Positions 54,476 to 64,000 of a stretch of 64,000 nucleotides of DNA are shown here, piece by piece. The notes beneath the pieces were generated by a model, which saw only the letters and a program-made list of their open reading frames with translations, was not told the DNA's origin and did no database searches. The DNA comes from Octopus vulgaris (Eukaryota): NCBI GenBank assembly GCA_951406725.2, contig OX597821.1:4030001-4094000 (forward strand), in the 5' to 3' direction. Each line of letters starts with the position of its first letter. The first letter of the stretch is position 1. The position numbers and the translations under genes are program-made.

Positions 54476-55444
54476 CACCCTTCATTTACACACACGCAGA
54501 CACATTCTCTATTATACGTGTCAAACATTATACCTTCTATTTAACACACTTCTGTATACTAAACTATGGAAATACTCTGACCTTGACCTCTTCTATCGAC
54601 CTAATATGCTTTGTTATACAGTTCTATCAATATATTTTACGTGTGCCATTCTATAACTCATTGATTAACCAAGCTTCACGCTTGTCTGCACTCAGAGTAT
54701 TTTCTTTTCTAAAAAGAACAAAATATTTATATCAAGGAGGGAATGGGAGATTCGTAACGCAATAGCGCATGCGTCCTATGATCCAATGGCATGCTTTACA
54801 GCTCAGCATTATATATTTTCAGACCTCTGTAGGAGATTTTTTTCTATGGGGAGCATTTCTGCAAAGTGAGGTCTCACATGTGTGTGTGTGCGTATGAATG
54901 TGTGTGAGTGTGTGTGTGTATGTGTGTGTGTAATTAAATGCGTAATCGACAGAGCTACTACCACACAATCATATATGCACGTATACACATACATATGGAT
55001 TTAAAATTTAGCACAAGATGTGCAATTTCATGGAGGCGAAAAGGTCAATTACATCGACTCTAACTTATTTTATTGACCCAGAAAGGATTAAATGCAAATC
55101 CGTCCCGGCAGGATTTGAACTCACAACTTAAAGACGGTGCAAATATCCGTTTATGATTCTGCCACTTAACGATCTACGTATATATTGCAACAGTTGACTG
55201 GAGAAATGGAAATTAAAATACATTGGTCAGGGATATAGCACAGAATCCGATCCAATAATCGATCCTACGATCTTATGATCATGCACCAAACAATCTAACC
55301 TCTGAGCCACATGACTGCACAATAGACTGTTAATGATTATAAATGTGTCTTTAATATTTTTAGAATATGTGTGTGTGTTTTGTATACACGATATATAATC
55401 TAAATACAATTATAAGCATATATGTATATATATATGTGTTATAC

Positions 55445-55478
<34 letters not shown>

Positions 55479-55505
55479 TTATATATGTATTTCAATGTAT
55501 ATATA

Positions 55506-55555
<50 letters not shown>

Positions 55556-55645
55556 TATGTGTGCATATATATGTATATGTATGTATATATATATACATAT
55601 ATATACATATATATATGTGTGCATATGTATAGATATACATATATG

Positions 55646-55721
<76 letters not shown>

Positions 55722-56594
55722 TTATATAACATGCCAAAGAATACCAATATATGTAAACTCGTTTGTTCTCTTGATCTGATTGTGAGAAAGTTTACGAGTT
55801 ACTTTAATATTCCAGTCAGTGCTAACTATGTTTTGTAATCCACACAAACACATTAAAATGAAAGAGAATTTCCTACTTGTAAGCAAAGCAACCGTTAGTA
55901 GTGAGTTAATTCATCTTAATAAAATAGATTGTAGTTGTAAATAGAATTGTATTTTGACAGATGGAATTAAATTCTCTTAGATATAAGCCAAATACTAATT
56001 GAAACCGGCGAAGTTGTGAAGATTATCGTTGTGTGGAGCCAGATATAATTTCACAATTTGCGAATTTAATTTGTTTAATCAGAATTATTAACTTATTTTT
56101 GTTTTAAGTTTTGCAACGTTTTTGTTTTCAGAAGTTTTAATTTAATTACAGCAGTGCTTTCTTTTGAGTCTATCTTTACTTTCGCAAAGATCAATAAAAC
56201 GTTATCTTTTGTTTTTGTTACAATAACAGTATCTATTTATTAATATATAAATATGCAAGCTTGACCAGTTCAAAAATCGTTAAAATATTTGATCTCTTCT
56301 GCCAAACCCTTACAAAGAGGAAGATATTATAAAATTTGTTTTCATTTTCATACACATAAAATAAAATATCATCGTAAAATCGTTCTGAGGCGGTTTCCTT
56401 TTGTCTAACGAAAAACAATAAAATTTAATTTTAAGAATTAAAACAGAGACGAAAACAATAAAAGAATACAATACGAAATAGGAATTTTCTTCCATCATAC
56501 AATTCACTAAATATATGTGAAAATGACTTCGTAGCTTATTGGTGTTTAAATGTAATGAAATCTTGTAGATTGACACAAAATTTACAGACGCATT

Positions 56595-57097
56595 ACTCTT
56601 CTTCTTCTTCTTCTTCTTCTTCTTCTCTTCTTCTCCTTCTTTTGCTTCTTTTCTTCTTCTTCTCTTCTTTCCCTTCTTTTGCTTCTTCTTCTTCTTTTTC
56701 TTCTTCTTCTTCGTCTTCTTCCTCTTCTCCTCCTTCTTCTTCTTCTTCTTCTTCTTCTTCTTCTCCTCCTTCTTCTCTTCTTCTCCTTATTTTGCTTCTT
56801 CTTCTTCGTCTTCTTCCTCTTCTCCTCCTCCTCCTTCTTCTTCTTCTTCTTCTTCTTCCTCTCCTCCTTCTTCTCCTCTTCTCCTTCTTTTGCTTCTTCT
56901 TCTTCGTCTTCTTCCTCTCTCCTCCTCCTTCTCCTTCTCCTTCTCCTTCTCCTCCTCCTTCTCCTTCTCCTTCTCCTTCTTCTTCTCCTTCTGCTTCTTC
57001 TTCTTCTTCTTCGTCTTCTTCCGCTTCTCCTCCTTCTTCTTCTTCTTCTTCTTCTTCTTCTTCTTCTCCTATTTCTTCTTCTGCTTCTTCTTCTTTT

Positions 57098-57129
<32 letters not shown>

Positions 57130-57145
57130 TTCCTCGTCTTCTTTC
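56595..57145. repeat. (CTT/CCT)n polypyrimidine tract
   Basis: About 550 bp almost purely C/T on the + strand. Confidence 0.95.
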
Positions 57146-57349
57146 TATATTTCACTCATTTCAATAGTGCAGCTTTAGTTTCACTCTTCCTTTATATTCT
57201 ACTTCTTTCTTCGTAGTTAAATTCCATAATAATTATGGAAGTTATCATTTTATTATTCTTAGCTTTCTCCTTACTCTACATATTCTTCATTGTCACTTAC
57301 GGTTATTATTCTTCATACCACCTTTCTCCTTAATATTATTCTTAAATAC

Positions 57350-58290
57350 CAGTCAGCGAACTGGTAGAATCGATACCGCGCCGTACTGAATTTTCAGAAC
57401 CATTTCGCCCGTCTTTACTTTCTGAATTCATTTTCTGCCGAAATCGACGTTGCTCTTCTTTAATTTGGTTTCGATAAAATAATTACCATTTGATCGACCT
57501 CCGCATCTTCTGACATGTATGGCCTTGTGCCGCAATTTGAACCCGATATTGTTCTTAAAGCCAGCCAGCTATCTTGCACATTCTTTAAAGCGCTCGCCGA
57601 AATTCATGGTAGTATATCGTCTGCTGCTACGTTCTGAGTTCAAATTCTGCCGAGGTCGACTTTGCCTTTCATCGTTTCGGAGTTCGATAAATTAAGTACC
57701 AGTTACGCACTGGGGTCGATGTAATCGACTTAATCCGTTTTTCCGTCCTTGTTTGTCTTCTCTGTGTTTGGCCCCCTTGTGGGTAGTAAAGGAATAGATA
57801 TTTCGTCTGTCTTTATGTTCTGAGTTCAAGTTACGCCCCGGTCGACTTTGCCTTTCATCCTTTCGGGGACGATTAAATTAACTACCAGTTACGCACTGGG
57901 GTCCATGTAATCGATTTAATCCCTTTGTCTTTCCTTGTTTGTCCCCTCTGTGTTTAGCCTCTTGTGGTAAATAAAGAAGTAAGAAGCGTTAGCACGTCGG
58001 GCGAAATGCTTAACGGTATTTTGTCTGACTTTACGTTCTGAGTTCAAATACAACCGTGATCGACTTTGCCTTTCATCCTTTGGGATCGATAAGTTAAGTG
58101 CCAGTTGCGCACTGGGGTCGATATAATCGACTAGACCCTTCCCAAAAGATTTCGGGCCTTGTGCTTAGAGCAGAACAGAATTTCGGAATCTATAAAGTAA
58201 GTGCCATTTGAGTACCGGGATCGATGCAATTGTACCTCTCTCCCAATTGATGCAATCGTACTATTCTCCCAAAATTGCCATGTTTTGCTA
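57350..58290 (+). mobile_element. Head-to-tail cluster of family A SINE units
   Basis: Unit gttctgagttcaa...gtcgactttgcctttcatcc...gcactggggtc recurs at about 57630, 57817 and 58035, plus a diverged copy at about 57420. Confidence 0.88.
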
Positions 58291-59113
58291 AAATTTGAAT
58301 CCAATATTATTTTTAAATATTATTGATACTAATTCGAGAGAATATCGCATTAACTCCGTCTTACGAGCTGAAAAGCTGGTTTATTATGTTTTCTCATCTT
58401 TTATTTCGCTCCGAACATCGGAACTTTCGAGTTCCCTGCTCACCTATTACCTTAAGATGATGAAAATACGTTTTCATCTTGGAAGCGTTCCGAAGTTTTT
58501 CAACATAGTTTACTAGTAGATGAATATAGAGAGCTCAATGATGCATTAGTATGTACCGAAAGTTAGAGATTCTGAAACGGAGTAAAAGGCAGAGTGGAAG
58601 GAAAACAAACAAAAGAATTAGAAAACGATGCTTGCACTTAGTTAAATTCGTAAAACCTCTCATTCATAAGTGGAAACTGCAAGTAGCTTATGACCAATCT
58701 TTTAACAATGAAAAAGCTTACAACAAAATATTTAGAGTTACCAGCGAGGAAGAAATGATGTATAAGAATGAGTTTCCAAATAAATATTGACCTTTGAGAG
58801 ACAGTCATATGCTAATAGAAGCTGGATCATGCGGATATTTGCCTATTATCTAGTCACAGGAGGGGGCATCGGATAATAGGTGTTAAAATGTGGGTAAATA
58901 CTTCCAAGGAGAAAGTACCACGATTTCACACTTTCTTCAAATAACAGCGCCCAAATAACTAAGTATGGTGGATTCCCCTTACGTTTCATAGGAACGGTGG
59001 TACGAGGAACAGTGTTGCCCAGAGGGACATACAAAATGCAGTCTATCGCTAAATATTAAGTTTATCCTCAATATCACGGGCGTACAAGCAAGTTGATAAT
59101 CATCAAGCGCATA

Positions 59114-59760
59114 TATCAGGTCATCCCCTAAGTTCTGTCCGAAGTTTGAATAAAGAAAGCAAGTAATCAAATGTTATATTTAATTGAAATTTAATCGTCA
59201 ATGTACTCTCCCTGATTGTCTATGACTTCCTGCCATCTATTTACAAGCTTTTTAATCAAATCAATTTAAAACTCTTGTGGTTTCAAAGCGAAGAACTCCG
59301 AAATGTCAGTTTCGACCTCCTCCTGGCTTGCGAAAGTTATGTACCCCAAATGATTCTGTAAACTACGAAACAAATGGTAGTCTGAAGGAGCAAGTTCGGG
59401 AGAATAAAGTGGATGAAGATTTTTTTCCCAACCAAGCTCTTCGATCTTCTGTGATTGTGGGGTCGCGCATTGTCCTGATGAAACATCACTCCTTTTAGAG
59501 TCACTAAAGCGGGTTTTTTTTCTTCAAAGCTTGGATCAAACGCTTTAATTGCTGACAGTAGACTTGAGCATTGAATGTCGCATTAGGTGGTAACAATGTA
59601 AAGTGAATTACCCCTTTGCAATCCCACCAGATAGAGAGAAGTACTTTTTTCGCATGAAGTTCCCTTCTCGGTTCTGGTTTAGCTTTTTCCCTTTTACGAC
59701 GTTTAACATTCCAATAAAGGTCCAATTTTAGTCACCAGTCCAAGTTTAACCAAAAAGCGA
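59114..59760 (-). mobile_element. Mariner (DD34D) transposase catalytic-domain pseudogene with 3' TIR
   Basis: TGD*NW, KKVLLSIWWDCKGVIHF, FHQDNA-like, YSPELAPSDYHLFRSLQNHL; TIR-like TATCAGGTCATCCCCTAAGTTCTGTCCG. Confidence 0.9.
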
Positions 59761-59761
59761 T

Positions 59762-59912
59762 ATCTCTGCTGAGTACAGAAAATGTGCTATTACTGACCAA
59801 ACTGCAAGAAATGGTTTTTACGATTCAAGGAGGAAAAATTTCACTTCGTAGATTCTCTGCACACCGGCAGACCTGTTTACGTCATTGAGGATCGATTGAA
59901 CGATCTCATCGT
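59762..59912 (+). mobile_element. Mariner N-terminal HTH fragment in opposite orientation
   Basis: ISAEYRKCAITDQTAR / WFLRFKEEKFHFVDSLHTGRP matches the YG..A...RT.R.WF.RFK.G.F...D..RSGRP pattern. Confidence 0.7.
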
Positions 59913-60692
59913 CTATCTGCAACTGAACCAGCAGGTAGGATGTGCACATCGCGGCACCTTCACTTTTTTTCCTACACAAAAAAAGACCAATATCATTTTT
60001 CAGTGAGCGAGTGATTGATAACGGGGTCAGCGTATGGTTAATAACTGTTACTTTTTGATTAGATTAAAATCCGTAGATTGCCAACCTAAGTATATCTCAC
60101 GACGATTATACGTGGTTAGCTGAAAGATTGTTTGCGACTAACCGAGATATATATACCCAGCAGAACTGGATTATTTTTCCGGCGATATGCAACGCAAGTG
60201 TAAATTCCACACAAACAAAGTAGCACTTTATGACCTTCACTTGTTTTTAGATGAGCTTCACTATTTGAATTTCATCGTAATTTAAATCAGTTTCATCGAC
60301 ACTGATATCACAATCATCGCAAGCCATTTCAGTACATTGAGGTCGACCAATCGCAATTCAGCAATGCAACAACAAGGAAACATGCAGCCTGGAAGAATAT
60401 GTCGTCTGGTTGAATTTCTAAAAGGAATGTTTTCCTCAGTATAAAATGACACAGTATGATCCACTGCAACATAGTGAAGAATGCTGGAAAATATTTATAG
60501 CAGAGTAATTACGTATTAAAACATAGAACTAGAAAAATTTCGGTATTATTTATTCCATATTACATACACTTCTTAACCAATATGAGTTACATAGAAAACC
60601 ATGTAAGACAACTTCTATTAGAAATTCATAAGAGAATTAAAGTAACACCAGCTTATATTGGATTGATCTACACACACAAACACACACACACA

Positions 60693-60730
<38 letters not shown>

Positions 60731-61714
60731 AAAAGGAAGTATTTATAATTGAGGGTGTGTTTGAGATAAATGCAAAATGTACGCGCACACACATATAAAC
60801 ATATATAACAGTCAACTCGACTACAAGAACTAAAAGATACCCTCATCACCAGGAACTACCCACCTTCAGTTACTGACATATGCATTCAACGTGCCCTTCA
60901 ACTCAACATCCAGGAACACAGACATCCCAAATCAAAGAAAAATTTACGACCAAAAGCCTTACCATACATCTCCACACACAACCCTCTCAACAATGAAGCC
61001 TTCAACACCATCCTCCAAAACATACCCCTCCTAAAAAAAGACCACAGAATGAACACAATCCTCCAAACACACACGATCATAAAAAGCAAGAGACAGCCCA
61101 AATCTATGAAAAGTCTCCTAACAACAAGCCCGAATACACTCTACAACACAGAAGCCGACAGTGAAAAAATGTGGAAGACCCAATTGCGGGATATGCGACT
61201 ATCTAATTGAGGGATCAGAGTTCTCCTTCAAACAGGGACAACGGTTTACAGTGAAAAGCAACTTCACATGTGCTTCGGAGAACCTGATATACACACTAAC
61301 CTGCTCTGGGTGTCAAGAACAATACATAGGCCAAATAAAAAATAGTTTGCGTAAAAGAATGGCCCTGCACAGACCCAGATAAAAATTCCCCAAAACAGAA
61401 AAATAGCATTCAGTTAACACATAGATACTTGCGCCAACAACAAAACACCAAACTTCAGGATTCCCCCCCCCCTCTACCAATTCAGGGACGATACAACCTC
61501 GAGCCTACGAATAAGTAAAGAAACTCTCTTTATTACAAAATACAGGCCACTTCTGAAAGGGTCTACGCCAATCGATATATATACCTCGGTTTTAGAATAA
61601 CACAAATACACACGCAAATATTACATTCCAAAGAATCAATCACAACTATAACCCATAAAGTGCCAACTTCAAGTCATACAACACCTCACTACTTCCACTC
61701 ATTCATATTCTCCC

Positions 61715-62005
61715 TTCTCTTTCTTCTTCTTCTTCCTCTTCTTCATCATCATCATTATGATCATCATCATCGTCATCATCATCATCATCTTCTTCTTCTT
61801 CTCCTCCTCCTTCTTCTTCTTCTCCTTCTTCTTCTTCTTCATCATCATCATCAACATCGTCATCATCATCAGCATCAGCATCATCATCATCATCATCTTC
61901 TTGTTGTTGTTCTTCTTCTTCTTCTCCTTCTTCTTCTTCTTCTTCTTCTTCTTCTTCTTCTTCTTCTTCTTCTTCTTCTTCTTCTTCTTCTTCTTCTGCT
62001 TTCCC
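61715..62005. repeat. (CTT)n/(CAT)n compound microsatellite
   Basis: Direct reading. Confidence 0.95.
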
Positions 62006-62354
62006 TTCTACTTAAACTTTATCACTAATGCTTTTTAGTATTACACCTAGACAAATTCTATAAATAAAACTTTCAATAGAAATATTCTCATGAATTGAAC
62101 AGCAGCTGCTAGCCGCCACTGACCATTCAAAATACGACCATCAAGGCACTCCAAAATTCCCTCCCCCTTCTCCTCATCATCCTTCTTCCTCTTCTTCCCT
62201 ACCAAGAATTCACAACGTCCTCCAACCCACAAGTGTAAACAAGAGAGGCAGAGAAAGGCAGAAACAAGGAAAATGCCTCTTATATTTGAACACTATACAA
62301 ATATTCTTTTAAAAAAACTTTTCTTTTAATTTTTCTAAATTTAATTATTTAATC

Positions 62355-62400
62355 GTTACAGTTGAAAAGGACTCAACATGACTGAAACCGGTACTGAAAT
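62355..62400 (+). ncRNA. Type I minimal hammerhead motif, U3:A8 core variant, weakened stems
   Basis: GTTACAG-TTGAAAA-GGAC-TCAACAT-GACT-GAA-ACCGGT-A-CTGAAAT; same strand as, and downstream of, the PLE ORF. Confidence 0.6.
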
Positions 62401-62498
62401 GTTCTTTATAAAATTATTTTAGCATTTTCTATCTTGATTTCTTTTTTTCATATATATCAACTCGTGTGTTCCTTTTCACCCTTATACACACACATATA

Positions 62499-62545
<47 letters not shown>

Positions 62546-62734
62546 CAGCCATGAAACGATCGTAGTGTTATATTAATGACCTTTTTTAATAATTTTGATA
62601 TATTTAAATAACATAAATTAATTAATCTTATGCATTGGCTTAAGTTTTTCATTGTATGATTTACCTAATAGTGGTTTTATCTCTAATTTAATATAATATA
62701 TATATATATATATAAATATGCATATGTATGTGTA

Positions 62735-62811
<77 letters not shown>

Positions 62812-62816
<5 letters not shown>

Positions 62817-63230
62817 GTCATCTGAACAACTCCATACCAGGACATATTCTTCGCAGGTCTAGTACTTATTCTATCAGGTCGACCTCTTTTGCCGAACTGC
62901 TATGTTACGTGGGTGCAAACACATCACCATCGGTTTTGAAGCAACGTCGGGAACACAAAAACAAAGAGAGACGCACATACATAAATGTATACATGCATGA
63001 ACATATATGTTTGTGTGTTTGTGTGTGTGTGTTTGTGTGTGCGTGTGTGTGCGTGTGTGTGCGTGTTTATATAATGGGCTTTTTCAGTTTCCTCCAATCA
63101 AATCCACTCACACGGCCCGCAGCTGTAGTAGAAGACATTTAGCGAAGGAGAACCTGAAACCCTGTGGTAGTGACTGAACCCGAAAGCGTGTGATTGGTAA
63201 GCAATCTTCTTACCACATAGTCATGTCCGC
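62812..63230 (-). mobile_element. Degenerate family B SINE
   Basis: ctagtacttattctatc...ttttgccgaactgcta...aaatccactcac...gactgaacccgaaa...ggtaagcaa. Confidence 0.75.
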
Positions 63231-63323
63231 GATGCACATACAGATCTATACATACAAAGACGTATACATGCATGTGTTAAGACGAACATCTACGCATATA
63301 CATACAAATATACACAGATATAC

Positions 63324-63356
<33 letters not shown>

Positions 63357-64000
63357 TGGATGGATGGATAGAAGGATGGATGGGTGCATTCATATATGTA
63401 TGCGCTTATGTGTTTTTGTATATATAGGAATGCGGCGTATGCATTTTTTTTATAAATAGGACAGAATGGTGACGGTGAAGTGTAAAATTAAAGCGCGATG
63501 AGTACTGATTCCCAGAATGCAGTCTATTCTTATTTTTCAATCACTACGTCAATGCTAAATGCAATTATTCGTTTATAGTAATCGTAGGGGAAATACATCT
63601 ACTTATAACATATAATACAAATCTTAACATCATTTATTCTGTTTGCAGGTGCTGGGCTAGAAATGCACTTTACAATAGCCGTACGTCTCAACTAATCATA
63701 CTGACACAATTTCTGTTGCTTCATGTATAGAAAATATTTCCTGAAAATACGCGTTTGGTGAGAAACGCTAGATTAAATAGAATAGTCAAGTGGAAACTAA
63801 CCAGAAATATTATAGACATAGGCAAATATATAAGAGTATGCAGTGTAGGAGAATAGCAAAGAGGAGAAACTTCAGGATTGCGATTTTAATAGTTACGGAG
63901 AGACAAATGTGAAGCTGTTTCGCTGAATAATAATAGTTCCCAGCAAGTGAATTATATGTTGCCAGTAAGGCTGAAGTGACGGGAGACAACTAAACGCTCA

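Larger units (their letters stand above)
60808..62485 (+). mobile_element. Penelope-like element 3' part (RT thumb, Cys-rich linker, GIY-YIG, terminal region with HHR)
   Basis: RLQELKDTLITRNYPPS, LPYISTHNP, KKCGRPNCGICDYL, NLIYTLTCSGCQEQYIGQ...LRKRMALH; coding ends near 61560; homologous to 10830-11600. Confidence 0.88.

Noticed and set aside
57611-58180. Regularly spaced repeats superficially like a CRISPR array
   Set aside because: Units are ~187-bp SINE bodies without unique spacers, in eukaryotic DNA with no cas genes
63630-63730. Good splice acceptor TTTATTCTGTTTGCAG|G
   Set aside because: No supportable open exon or matching donor; could be a UTR exon but cannot be shown from sequence

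Overview
AT-rich, microsatellite-saturated eukaryotic DNA. The SINE families and repeat landscape look like a coleoid cephalopod, probably Octopus (inference from repeat pattern, not from a search). I could not support any host protein-coding exon, so this looks like intergenic DNA or a large intron. Nearly all ORFs in the track are translations of (TA)n, (CA)n, (GATA)n, (AAT)n or (CTT)n tracts. Real content: one young, 5'-truncated CR1-group LINE (34975-37409) with a 782-codon open frame but a FADD-to-FADG catalytic change; two Penelope-like elements (RT plus GIY-YIG); relics of R4/Dong, RTE and CR1 LINEs; mariner and maT fragments and a MITE; two Helentron-like non-autonomous elements, one holding a gypsy integrase fragment; and many tRNA-derived SINEs. 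The most interesting signal is a set of type I hammerhead ribozyme (HHR) motifs found by eye. They lie at Penelope 3' ends and in short (about 150-400 bp) non-coding units set in TA-rich microsatellites. Two have a compensated U3:A8 core (UUGAAAA), one has a 61-nt stem II, and one lies downstream of a tRNA-like Pol III head.
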